From: a virus
Taxonomy: Duplodnaviria; Caudoviricetes
Direction: 5' to 3' (one strand)
Length of the DNA: 33,226 nt
IMG/VR virus record: IMGVR_UViG_3300032301_000465
Location: 1 to 33,226 of that record
Each line of letters begins with the position of its first letter. Position 1 is the first letter of the stretch. A model generated the notes under the pieces. That model made no database searches, had not been told where the DNA came from, and was given only the letters and a program-made list of their open reading frames with translations. Below are positions 9,056-17,895 of the stretch, piece after piece. The position numbers were made by a program, and so were the translations under genes.

Positions 9056-10580
9056 ATTAGCGATCAACCTTGGATGGAATGGCCAACAGGCTGAAGACGG
9101 ATTAGCTAGAACAGCAAAGAAAACAAGCGAGGCTGGCAAAAAAGCTGACGAAGCTGGTTCAGCATTTGGCCGTTTGGCACAAGCGCTTAAAGGTGCTAAC
9201 GATGTCAAGTCTGGATTCGACATGCTGCGAGGTGTTACGCAGTTCTTTATAGGCACACCAATTGCCGCAGTCGGTTCGATGATGAAGCTTGGCGGCGAAT
9301 TGGAAACAATGCAAATCAAGATGGGACTGCTGGCCGGCAGCTTCGATAAAGGAGCTGAAAGCCTAGAAAATTTGCGCCAGATCACGCGCGATATGGGTGT
9401 GCCACTAGAAGAGGTTGTCGGTGGATTCCAGCAGCTTACAGCGGCAGGAGTAGATACCGGCAGCGCTGAAAAACTGATGCGAACATTTGCCGAGGTTTCG
9501 CCACTATTGGGCCAAGGTGGATTGGGTCAATTAGCTGGCGGCATCAGCCAGATGGCAAAAAGTGGTATTGCCGAAGCGGCCACGCTGCAGCAGATGCAAG
9601 CAAGCGGGCTGAAAGTGTACGAGGCTTTGGCCGTGCGTTTGGGCAAAGTAACAGGTCAGTTCCACTCGGTGGAAGATGCCATCAATGCCGTCAACAATAA
9701 GACCGTTCAGGCGAGTACTGCGGTATTGGCCATGCAAGATGCAGTCAAAACACCAGAAGCTATCGAGGCAGCGCAGCGGCTGTTTAACAGTTTTGATGGC
9801 CAGCTAAGCCGTTTGCAACAAGGAGTTATTGAACTGTTCAGGGACATTGGAAAAGGCTTAATAGACGGCTTGGATATTCCAGCATTCCTAGCAAGTCTTC
9901 GTGGTGTAATTGAATCGATTGCCATCATAGTCAAAGAGCTTCTGTCGAATCTTACAGCGATTATGGGGCCAGAAGGCAAAGGCAACCAGATTGAAAAAAA
10001 CTTTAAAAATGCCAGAGATTTTGCGTTCCAGATGGCCGAACGGCTGGCGACATCTGGCAACGACCTGATCACTAATTTTGACAAGATGATCTCTCACATC
10101 AAGGAAACATTCGAGAACATCAAAGCATTTTTTGAATCCCCTACAGACATGGAAGCTCAGAAGAATCGCCAGCACTTCAATAGATTTGTTGGCAATAGGG
10201 AAAGGACGGATGCTGAAATAGCTGGCCAGTCACGCGCTTTAGATATTGCCAATTTCTTTGCAGGCGTAGAAAACAATGCCAAAGGCCTAGACAGAAATCG
10301 AGCCATGGATTTTGCCGCACCAAAGGAGCGTGGTGGAGCGTTTGATCCAGTTAGGATCAAGCAAAAAGAGATGGCCAGTACATCTGATTTCACTGTGCAA
10401 AAACTACAAGCAGGTAGCACAGCAGCAGTCGAAGCCATGGTTCGCAACCAGCTGGGCGGCGGTAAAGAACCACAACAGGAGATATTAGCAGAGGCCAAAG
10501 AACAAACTCGCCAAGGCGCAGAAATGCTGACACTTTTAGCTGGTATCAAACTACCGGCCACAGTTCAGGTAGGCATCTGA
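9039..10580 (+). CDS. Tape measure protein (short, 513 aa)
   Basis: MATISKLAINL start, Ala/Gly/Gln-rich helical sequence, SFDGQLSRL; follows chaperones. Confidence 0.88.
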   Translation: MATISKLAINLGWNGQQAEDGLARTAKKTSEAGKKADEAGSAFGRLAQALKGANDVKSGFDMLRGVTQFFIGTPIAAVGSMMKLGGELETMQIKMGLLAGSFDKGAESLENLRQITRDMGVPLEEVVGGFQQLTAAGVDTGSAEKLMRTFAEVSPLLGQGGLGQLAGGISQMAKSGIAEAATLQQMQASGLKVYEALAVRLGKVTGQFHSVEDAINAVNNKTVQASTAVLAMQDAVKTPEAIEAAQRLFNSFDGQLSRLQQGVIELFRDIGKGLIDGLDIPAFLASLRGVIESIAIIVKELLSNLTAIMGPEGKGNQIEKNFKNARDFAFQMAERLATSGNDLITNFDKMISHIKETFENIKAFFESPTDMEAQKNRQHFNRFVGNRERTDAEIAGQSRALDIANFFAGVENNAKGLDRNRAMDFAAPKERGGAFDPVRIKQKEMASTSDFTVQKLQAGSTAAVEAMVRNQLGGGKEPQQEILAEAKEQTRQGAEMLTLLAGIKLPATVQVGI

Positions 10581-10588
10581 GGTAACCA

Positions 10589-11566
10589 ATGGCCTACACG
10601 CTATTCAGAGAAGTCATCGAAGGTCGTAGCGGCAGCGTCGATCAGCGCTACCAACGAGCGTACAAGCGAGCGTTCTTGGTCAAGACTGACAGCGCTGGCT
10701 ACGGTCCCTATTACGCAGGCAGCCATCCCAGCCTGCCGCTTGTCTGGTCAGTTCACCCAGAAGACTCGCTGGCCTACTGCGTTGGATTCTCGGTAGACCA
10801 AGATCAAAACGATGGCACGCTCTGGCGAGTGACGGCCAACTACGCATACAACGCTGACACTTTTCAAGGCGGTGGCACTGGCACTGGTGCAACCGGCAAC
10901 CCTGCGATAGATACGCAGCAGCAAGGCCAAGCACCCGCCGACCGGGTTCAATCGCCACTATCAAGGCCAAGAGATTACCAAATCTCTACTGTCGCCTATC
11001 CAGAGGCGCTGCGCGGAGATGTGGACGGCAACGCAATTCTCAATAGTGCCTACGATCCGTTTCTGCCAGCTAGCGAGATCCAGAAGTTTGGCGCACAAAT
11101 CACCATCGGCCTGAACTCATCCACTCCACCATCTGAGGCGTGGATGAGCTCAGTCGGCAAACTGAACGCCAGCACGCTAACCATCACACCACCTGGCTCA
11201 ACGATTTCGCTTGCGGCCAAAACCACCAGGCTGAACAGCCTCAACGCTCAGGCGGTCTACGAAAACGGTTTGGCCTACTGGCGCTGGACTTTGGCTTTTG
11301 AGTTCCGGCCTAGCACCACAACCTACACCAGCGGATGGGTGCAGCTAGGTGCCAGTTGGCCAGTGCTGGGTTGGAAGCTGGTTTTGCTCGATGCCGGCAA
11401 ACGTAGATGGGATGGCACAAATTGGGAGGCATTCAAAGATAAAGGCGTTCAGCTAACTTCACCTGCGCTGATGGACGGCAGTACTAACAGATTGGCCGCC
11501 AATGCCAAACCTTACTACAAAGCGTGGGACATTTATCAAACAATCACCTTCCCGAGTCCGCTTTAA
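10589..11566 (+). CDS. Putative tail tip / hub protein
   Basis: Directly after tape measure, GAGGT SD, aromatic beta-rich; no named family recognised. Confidence 0.55.
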   Translation: MAYTLFREVIEGRSGSVDQRYQRAYKRAFLVKTDSAGYGPYYAGSHPSLPLVWSVHPEDSLAYCVGFSVDQDQNDGTLWRVTANYAYNADTFQGGGTGTGATGNPAIDTQQQGQAPADRVQSPLSRPRDYQISTVAYPEALRGDVDGNAILNSAYDPFLPASEIQKFGAQITIGLNSSTPPSEAWMSSVGKLNASTLTITPPGSTISLAAKTTRLNSLNAQAVYENGLAYWRWTLAFEFRPSTTTYTSGWVQLGASWPVLGWKLVLLDAGKRRWDGTNWEAFKDKGVQLTSPALMDGSTNRLAANAKPYYKAWDIYQTITFPSPL

Positions 11567-11979
11567 TGGCTGGCTATTCGCTGGAGCTGGAGACAATCAA
11601 ACGCCTTGGCAAGATGCTGAAGGCGTATGAAGGCGGCGGATTCACTCCAACGCTTCGGCAGCACATCACTGAAGACTATGGGCCACCTGTTGAGCCTGGC
11701 TTGCACGTTATCGAAGTAACTGGAGCTATTTCAGGCGGTTACTATCCGGCCAATCTTATGGACTGGAACGGGTCTGCTTGGGCGAGCATCTACGCAGTCC
11801 GAGTCATTGAGCTAAACACCAAGGCACTGACTACTCGCAGATACTTTGCCAAGGTCGTCGGTGTTGTGACATTAAGCGGAACACAATACGAATTGTACGC
11901 GGCTTATTCACCAGGCGAAGTAGTCACAAATATTACCTGCTCTGGCGGCACGCTGACAATTACTAAGGAAAAAGTCTGA
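11566..11979 (+). CDS. Putative tail tip protein
   Basis: TAATG coupling; synteny only. Confidence 0.5.
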   Translation: MAGYSLELETIKRLGKMLKAYEGGGFTPTLRQHITEDYGPPVEPGLHVIEVTGAISGGYYPANLMDWNGSAWASIYAVRVIELNTKALTTRRYFAKVVGVVTLSGTQYELYAAYSPGEVVTNITCSGGTLTITKEKV

Positions 11980-12398
11980 TGGCCAGCCTAGTCTACACCT
12001 CGTTCTACTACGACTCGTTTGTTGGCAACATTAACTGCGCCTCAAATTCGTTTAAGTGTCTGCTAGTCACCAGTAGTTACACCGCAGATAAGGCGCACGA
12101 CAAGCGCGACGACATTACTAACGAGGTAACCGGCACCGGCTACACCGCAGGCGGAAACGCTGCCACCTGCACGGTTGCAGCCGTGGACAACACAAACAAC
12201 GATGTGGAAATAAACTTCAGCATCACAAGCTGGACCACCAGCACAATCACAGCACGCGGCGCGGTCATATATAGGAGCCGCGGTGGCGCATCGAGCGCGG
12301 ATGAACTGGTGTGCTTTATAGACTTTGGTGCGGATATTAGCAGCGTTACCGGAACATTTGCGGTGACGATGGACGACCCGATTAAGGTTCAGAATTAA
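11979..12398 (+). CDS. Putative virion structural protein
   Basis: NEVTGTGYTAGG...TITARGAVIY..LVCFIDFG pattern common in phage tail regions. Confidence 0.6.
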   Translation: MASLVYTSFYYDSFVGNINCASNSFKCLLVTSSYTADKAHDKRDDITNEVTGTGYTAGGNAATCTVAAVDNTNNDVEINFSITSWTTSTITARGAVIYRSRGGASSADELVCFIDFGADISSVTGTFAVTMDDPIKVQN

Positions 12399-13099
12399 TG
12401 GCAGCATCTGTTACTGGGGTTGAAGCTTGGTCTAATTCAGTAGCAACGACATTTGCTCCATCAGGAGGAGCTACTGGCACATCTGGCGGAACGACATCAG
12501 GAACATTGTCTTGTGTGCCATGTTGCAATTCTGGAATTAAATACCTACCAGGTTGGTTTTCCTATGCTGATCCTTCAAGAGGATTGGCAGACGGCCTTTG
12601 TCCTGGCGCTGTTGACAATTCCGTTCCTGTAACTGTTTACGCAACTTTTAACCTGACACCGGCCACGGGTGTAAGTCTTGCCGATTATTGCATACCCAGC
12701 TCATTTACTATTGAGATGATCGCTAATGACCCATACAATCCTTCACGCCTGAAACCTTTGGCTTATTCCACAAGCTGCTCACCTATTTACCCGGGAACCA
12801 GATACGGATTTTTAGACATTATAGGAAAAGGATTTTTTACAGCATCAGTAAACACCGGAAGCAACCCCTACATTCTCGCTTATTTGGTGAACATGTGCTC
12901 ATGTAATAATGTTGGGTATTTGGCTTTCAGTTCTTATTACATTCCAACAACCCAATACAGTCCGACAATTTACGGATCGTTAGATTCTTGTTCGCCATTC
13001 TCTTTAACATTTTCCAAAAACTATCCATACAACCAACTTGCCAACTTTTATTGGCAAAATACTTGGGTTGGGACTTGGTCGGTCACATTTACACTATGA
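12398..13099 (+). CDS. Cys/Ser/Thr/Tyr-rich protein, possible receptor-binding protein
   Basis: Gly/Thr linker then CVPCC; visibly AT-richer than flanks; end of tail module. Confidence 0.45.
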   Translation: MAASVTGVEAWSNSVATTFAPSGGATGTSGGTTSGTLSCVPCCNSGIKYLPGWFSYADPSRGLADGLCPGAVDNSVPVTVYATFNLTPATGVSLADYCIPSSFTIEMIANDPYNPSRLKPLAYSTSCSPIYPGTRYGFLDIIGKGFFTASVNTGSNPYILAYLVNMCSCNNVGYLAFSSYYIPTTQYSPTIYGSLDSCSPFSLTFSKNYPYNQLANFYWQNTWVGTWSVTFTL

Positions 13100-14457
13100 A
13101 AAAACCATGCCCATTAGATCCAACAAAATGCGCCTGCCGATTGTGTTGGCTCTTCTTGCACGATGATGACTACAACAAGCTTTGGGAAGGCAACGGCATT
13201 AATCCTAAAAACCAGTTAAATCAGCCAGCACCAATCATCCCTGGCAAAACCTTCGCCAGCAACGCCGATCTAGCCAAAGAGCGAGCCAAGCGAGGCAGGA
13301 CCAAATGCCAGCACTTAGGCGATAAGCTTGAACTAAAAACCACCTGCCCAGTCGGATGCGGTGGCGGCACCGAGCTACACGCCTGCGGCATCCATGGCAC
13401 TTGCCGGCGCTACGGCAACGACGAAACGGTAATGACCTGCTGGCGCTGTCCCGAGTACCAAGCCGAGGAGCAGTTAACCGTTGACCAGTGGACCAATCTA
13501 TTGGCCAGCAGCAAGCTGACCAACGATGGCGGAGTCTACACCGGCAACCAGACCAAGGCGGTGCATAGGATCATCGACGACCTGCGACAGGCAATCAGTG
13601 GCAATGAGCCAGCCTTTGCGGTCGAGCGTGGCATCGTCACGAGCGGAGGCGGACGCTACTGGCCGGGCACCTGGACAATGGCTGCAATCTGCCGTGAGAT
13701 GGGCTGGAGGCACACGATACAGGCGTGGTATCTTGGCGAGGCAGAATATGACGAGTTCTGGATTAACGAGCTGCGCAAATTAGATGTGCTCTGCGTCGAT
13801 GCTCACAAGGTGCGCAAGCTCAACCCATACCGCATTCTCAACGGCTTCGAGATTAAGCTTTACGCTGTGCTGCATTCCGGCATCGAGCAACCGCTCTGGC
13901 TGGATTCTGACTGTTACCCGGCACGAGATCCAAACCTGCTTTACGAGTGCAGCCTGTACCAGCAGACTGGCAGCGTGCACTATCCAGACCTGGCCAACGC
14001 CGAACCATGGACGCGGTGGGAGCGCTGGGGCGTGGAGCGTGACGATTCTCCACCAATCGAAACAGGACAATATTTGTACCATTTAGGAAAAGTATGGGAA
14101 GAGGCGCAGATAGCCAGCAAGCTTAACGAGATGTCAGACCTCACGTACCACTGGGACTACGGCGACAAAGGACCAGCACGAGTAGCCTGGGCGTGGACTA
14201 AGCGCAGCCGCGCTATCTACGAGCAGGTGCCTAAATGGGTTGGCCCAGCGTTCATCCACCTTGGACCAGATGCCGAGCCGCTGTTTGTGCATCGATGCCG
14301 TGGCAAGGTTAATCCAAGTGCCAGTAGTTTCTACACGCCTCAGTACGGCAACGGCACAGAGCCGCACAACAACTTGCCAGCCGAGGCCATCTATCAGCAT
14401 GTTCTAGCCAAGGCCAAGGCGCTGGCCGAGCTTCGTGAGCCTATTACCTCAGAATGA
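13096..14457 (+). CDS. GT-A glycosyltransferase (GT71 / Mnn2-like) with Cys-rich N-terminal domain
   Basis: RGIVTSGGG, IQAWYLG..E, GFEIKLYAVLHS, LWLDSDCYP (DxD), TGSVHYPD, IETGQ, YGDK; ATGA overlap at 13096. Confidence 0.8.
   Translation: MKKPCPLDPTKCACRLCWLFLHDDDYNKLWEGNGINPKNQLNQPAPIIPGKTFASNADLAKERAKRGRTKCQHLGDKLELKTTCPVGCGGGTELHACGIHGTCRRYGNDETVMTCWRCPEYQAEEQLTVDQWTNLLASSKLTNDGGVYTGNQTKAVHRIIDDLRQAISGNEPAFAVERGIVTSGGGRYWPGTWTMAAICREMGWRHTIQAWYLGEAEYDEFWINELRKLDVLCVDAHKVRKLNPYRILNGFEIKLYAVLHSGIEQPLWLDSDCYPARDPNLLYECSLYQQTGSVHYPDLANAEPWTRWERWGVERDDSPPIETGQYLYHLGKVWEEAQIASKLNEMSDLTYHWDYGDKGPARVAWAWTKRSRAIYEQVPKWVGPAFIHLGPDAEPLFVHRCRGKVNPSASSFYTPQYGNGTEPHNNLPAEAIYQHVLAKAKALAELREPITSE
14432..14455 (+). 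promoter_or_regulatory. Candidate phage-specific promoter for the lysis cassette
   Basis: TTCGTG-N12-CAGAAT, 23 nt before ATG 14479 with AGGAG SD. Confidence 0.55.
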
Positions 14458-14478
14458 GGTAAATAGGAGATAGTCACT

Positions 14479-14712
14479 ATGGACTGGATAACTGCAGCGC
14501 GTGACCTCGGATTCCCTGCAGTTATTATCGCAGGCATGGGCTATGCGATTTGGACTGCTGGCAGTTGGCTGGGCAAAGAATTGTTAGTACCGCTCAGGGA
14601 TAGGCACTTCGATTTTCTGACATCCCTCGAACAAACAAACAAAACCATCGCAGAAAGCATCAAAGAAGTGCATACGAGAATAAACGACATCACTTGCCTG
14701 CGGAGAGAATAA
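14479..14712 (+). CDS. Putative holin
   Basis: 77 aa, N-terminal hydrophobic helix (LGFPAVIIAGMGYAIW), coiled-coil C-terminus; first gene of cassette. Confidence 0.55.
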   Translation: MDWITAARDLGFPAVIIAGMGYAIWTAGSWLGKELLVPLRDRHFDFLTSLEQTNKTIAESIKEVHTRINDITCLRRE

Positions 14713-14713
14713 A

Positions 14714-15391
14714 ATGTTTTGGGCGCTAATTTTACTGGCTGGTCAAGACCTCAAGATTCCAGCAGAAGTGACAGGCGAAGTGGCTGCCTTTGTTACCGTA
14801 ATAGCTGAAACGAATAACAAGCAAGTCAAGTTTTATCCAATCGATTCAGGCCTATCGGTCTTCCCCGCAGCGCTGCTGGCCAACCAAAAAGCTACTGTCG
14901 TGGTGGCCGCAAAAGCCGGCACCTACAGACTGCTGGCCTACACCGCTGCTGGGGATATTCCCAGCGAACCGCAAATTTGCAAGGTGGTTATCGGTGGTGG
15001 CAAGCCTGACAATGTGCCGCCCGCGCCAATACCACCAACACCACCAACACCAGACAAAGACAAACTGCTCGATGCTTTGATTGGCATCTATGGCGGCCTG
15101 CAAGAGCAGGACAAAGAAAAGCACGTTAAAGCGCTGGCAGGCATCTACCGCCGAGCAGCCGCTACGGTTGACCAGTTTGCCGATCTTGGCACTCTTTACG
15201 GCGGCATCAAGACAAGTGCCAGCGAAGTAGTCCCATCTGGCGCCATTCGCTCTATTAGGGAGCGCATCGCGCAGGAAACCATCCGCCAGCTAGGTGACCA
15301 GCCAACAGCACAACTAACTCCAGCGCTCGCCAGTAAGGCGGCCAGCTATTTCAGCCGTCTCGGCTATGTACTTGAGGAGCTGGCAAAATGA
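14714..15391 (+). CDS. Exported protein (beta domain, Pro linker, helical domain)
   Basis: Hydrophobic N-terminus MFWALILLAG; linker PPAPIPPTPPTP. Confidence 0.55.
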   Translation: MFWALILLAGQDLKIPAEVTGEVAAFVTVIAETNNKQVKFYPIDSGLSVFPAALLANQKATVVVAAKAGTYRLLAYTAAGDIPSEPQICKVVIGGGKPDNVPPAPIPPTPPTPDKDKLLDALIGIYGGLQEQDKEKHVKALAGIYRRAAATVDQFADLGTLYGGIKTSASEVVPSGAIRSIRERIAQETIRQLGDQPTAQLTPALASKAASYFSRLGYVLEELAK

Positions 15392-16293
15392 GCGAACTAA
15401 CCGAGTACGCTACAGGCTGGGTAGATGATCAGGAAGCAGTCACCGAGGTGGTGCAGGATCTGCCCTGGTCAAACTTTGGTGCAACTGATGCGGGTGCTGT
15501 GTCATTCGACGAGATCCCAGACCATGTCTATGGCTGGAAGGAATACGAGGAAATAGCTGGCAAGCCATGGCCGATTTTTAACCAGGGCAGCTACGGCACC
15601 TGCGTGTCATTCGGCACCAGCGCGGCCATGCTGTTTACGCAAATTAGCGAGATCAAACGCGGCGACCATGAACAGCCGAAAACGCCATCCATGGAAGTCA
15701 TCTACGCTGGCAGCCGTGTTGAGGTTGGCGGTGGCCGCATCCGTGGGGATGGCAGTGTTGGCGCATGGGCGGCTAAGTGGGTCAACCTGTGGGGCGTGGT
15801 TCCGCAGGATGCCTACGGTTCACACGACCTGACCAAATACGATGGCGCACGGGCTCGCAAATGGGGCGCACCAGGTGCAGGCTGTCCGAATGAGCTAGAG
15901 GCACTTGCCAAAAAGAATCCAGTCGGGTCAGTAACTCTTGTCACTAGCTTCGAGGATGCCTGCATTGCGCTTAGCCAAGGCTTTGGCATCAACGTCTGCA
16001 GCAACCAAGGCTTTCGCATGAGCCGCGATAGTGCCGGGTTCTGCACCGCTGCAGGCAACTGGGGACACTCGATGGCGTTTATTGGCTACCGCAAAGGTAG
16101 TAGGCCCGGCCTGTTCGTAGTGAATAGCTGGGGCGGCGATTCAACCACGGGGCCGGCACCTGAAGGCGGGCCGGCATCTGGTTGGTGGGTTGAGGCGAAG
16201 GTAGCTGACAACATGCTGCGAGCGCGTGACTCGTTTGCATACAGCAAGTTCACTGGGTTTCCAAAGAATCAAACGATTGATTGGATTGTTTAA
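15388..16293 (+). CDS. Papain-like (C1 family) cysteine peptidase, endolysin position
   Basis: NQGSYGTCVSFG (Gln/Cys), GHSM (His), VVNSWG (Asn). Confidence 0.88.
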   Translation: MSELTEYATGWVDDQEAVTEVVQDLPWSNFGATDAGAVSFDEIPDHVYGWKEYEEIAGKPWPIFNQGSYGTCVSFGTSAAMLFTQISEIKRGDHEQPKTPSMEVIYAGSRVEVGGGRIRGDGSVGAWAAKWVNLWGVVPQDAYGSHDLTKYDGARARKWGAPGAGCPNELEALAKKNPVGSVTLVTSFEDACIALSQGFGINVCSNQGFRMSRDSAGFCTAAGNWGHSMAFIGYRKGSRPGLFVVNSWGGDSTTGPAPEGGPASGWWVEAKVADNMLRARDSFAYSKFTGFPKNQTIDWIV

Positions 16294-16304
16294 GGAGAAA
16301 TAGA

Positions 16305-16631
16305 ATGGACCCGTTGAGAGTTCCGACAGAGTTTCCAGTAGTAAGCATTCGCAATTTGCTCGACTTCGCTCGTGGCAAACACGGCTGGGATGTTGAGATT
16401 TTCGAGTCTGTGCTTACCGTGGTTGCCTATGGCTATGGCATGGCCTCATTGCCAAAAGCGATTGGCGCTGCGTTGCCTGACCCGGCACCTATCCAGACTG
16501 TGGTGATCGAGGGGCTGCAGGCAGCACTCGACCAGCAGGCCGAACCACAGGCGAAAACCTTCACGCTCATTCCCTGGGCAATCATTATTGAGTTTGCCAT
16601 AAGTGCGCTGCTGAAGCATCTGGCTAAATGA
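16305..16631 (+). CDS. Hypothetical membrane-associated protein
   Basis: TAAGGAG SD; hydrophobic C-terminus LIPWAIIIEFAISALL. Confidence 0.55.
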   Translation: MDPLRVPTEFPVVSIRNLLDFARGKHGWDVEIFESVLTVVAYGYGMASLPKAIGAALPDPAPIQTVVIEGLQAALDQQAEPQAKTFTLIPWAIIIEFAISALLKHLAK

Positions 16632-16951
16632 TTTGGGATAGGTTGCTGCGGAGTGTCGGCGAATACTGGGGCGCTCCGCGCTCCAGCAAATGGTCGGCAG
16701 TCCGCAGGAGCTGGCTCCGAGCCAACCCGTACTGCGCTGCCTGCGGCACTACTAAAGAGCTTGAAGTTCATCATCTGGTGCCGTTTCATATCGAGCCAGC
16801 GCGTGAGCTTGACACTGCCAACTTGCTGACACTGTGCCAGGACTGCCACCTGTATATCGGGCATCTAAAGGACTGGACGCGGCACAACCCGCACGCGCGT
16901 GATGATGCGGCGCTGATGCTCAGCCGGTTCTCGGCTAAATCTGCAATTTAA
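16628..16951 (+). CDS. HNH endonuclease
   Basis: CAACG..LEVHH..NLLTLC..CH. Confidence 0.88.
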   Translation: MIWDRLLRSVGEYWGAPRSSKWSAVRRSWLRANPYCAACGTTKELEVHHLVPFHIEPARELDTANLLTLCQDCHLYIGHLKDWTRHNPHARDDAALMLSRFSAKSAI

Positions 16952-16969
16952 AAATTATTTAACTTCCCC

Positions 16970-16998
16970 TTGATTCTGTACCGATAGCGGTATAGTAT
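16970..16998 (+). promoter_or_regulatory. Sigma70-type promoter with palindromic operator in the spacer
   Basis: TTGATT-N17-TAGTAT; AT-rich UP-like tract upstream; TACCG-ATAG-CGGTA at 16979-16992. Confidence 0.7.
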
Positions 16999-17044
16999 GA
17001 GTTTGTCAGGTTAGAAAACTGACGGCTTAAACAGGGGCAGTAAC

Positions 17045-17689
17045 ATGATTATTACAGCGACTCAAGAACTGAGAAAACTATGGACTAGCAATGCCTGGGG
17101 CGAGGTAGACGCAGTGCGCTATCTCGACGATGACGAGCAGCGAGAATCGCTTGATTCATTGCGCAATCACTGGCAACAGGATAACGGCTGGGATGTCTCG
17201 GGTTTCACCGTGGAAGATATGCGCGAATTTCTAGAGGCTGAGCAGCGTGACCTACCGCGCCACTACCGCACTGGTGATGGCACGGTGGAAAATGTTTTTC
17301 AAGCCAAGGATGCTCTGGAGGCCATGGATTTAGCAATTGATTGGTGGCAAGATGGCTCATGGGAAAACAAAACAGAACTCGATATATTCGTGCAAGAAAT
17401 CAATCCTTGGGACGACGACATGGTATTTCCACAAGAGTGGAAAACGATTGAAGTAGGCGAAGATCCGCCCGAACCAGAATGCACCGAAGACGAACACGAC
17501 TGGGAAAGACCATACGAGATCGTCGGCGGCCTGCGCGAGAACCCTGGGGTGTGGAGTGCTGGCGGAACGACTATGACATTCCACAGCGTTTGCTCCCACT
17601 GCGGCCTGCATCGCCACGAGACGTGCCACGGGGCGCAACGCAACCCAGGCCAGCTTGACACGATTGAATACCGACGAGGTGACGAGTGA
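17045..17689 (+). CDS. Highly acidic hypothetical protein with Cys/His-rich C-terminus
   Basis: AGGGG SD; about 49 D/E vs about 18 K/R in 214 aa (hand count); CSHCG..H.H..CH. Confidence 0.7.
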   Translation: MIITATQELRKLWTSNAWGEVDAVRYLDDDEQRESLDSLRNHWQQDNGWDVSGFTVEDMREFLEAEQRDLPRHYRTGDGTVENVFQAKDALEAMDLAIDWWQDGSWENKTELDIFVQEINPWDDDMVFPQEWKTIEVGEDPPEPECTEDEHDWERPYEIVGGLRENPGVWSAGGTTMTFHSVCSHCGLHRHETCHGAQRNPGQLDTIEYRRGDE

Positions 17690-17862
17690 ATCTGATCTCC
17701 ACCACCGAAGCAGCAAAACGGCTGGGCGTATCTGCCCGCCGAGTGGTGGCGCTAATCCGCCAGGGCAAGCTACCTAGCCAGCGAGTTGGCCGAGCGCACC
17801 TGATTCTGCCTAAAGATTTGGAGAAAATATTGGACCGCCCGCCTGGGCGGCCAGCCAAGTAA
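17686..17862 (+). CDS. 58-aa HTH DNA-binding protein (HTH_17 / excisionase-like), not in ORF track
   Basis: Hand translation MNLISTTEAAKRLGVSARRVVALIRQGKLPSQRVGRAHLILPKDLEKILDRPPGRPAK; GTGA overlap. Confidence 0.88.
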   Translation: MNLISTTEAAKRLGVSARRVVALIRQGKLPSQRVGRAHLILPKDLEKILDRPPGRPAK

Positions 17863-17866
17863 ACCG

Positions 17867-17894
17867 GCCCCTCGGATTCCCGGGGGGCTTTTTT
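17867..17894 (+). terminator. Intrinsic terminator
   Basis: GCCCCTCGG-ATTC-CCGGGGGGC followed by T6; between convergent genes. Confidence 0.85.
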
Positions 17895-17895
17895 A

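Noticed and set aside
12988-13095. Upstream start for the glycosyltransferase
   Set aside because: Overlaps the previous gene; the ATGA-coupled ATG at 13096 is more plausible
12398-13099. Diversity-generating retroelement target
   Set aside because: No reverse transcriptase and no template/variable repeat pair seen
15018-15064. CCACCAACA repeats
   Set aside because: Encode a Pro/Thr linker
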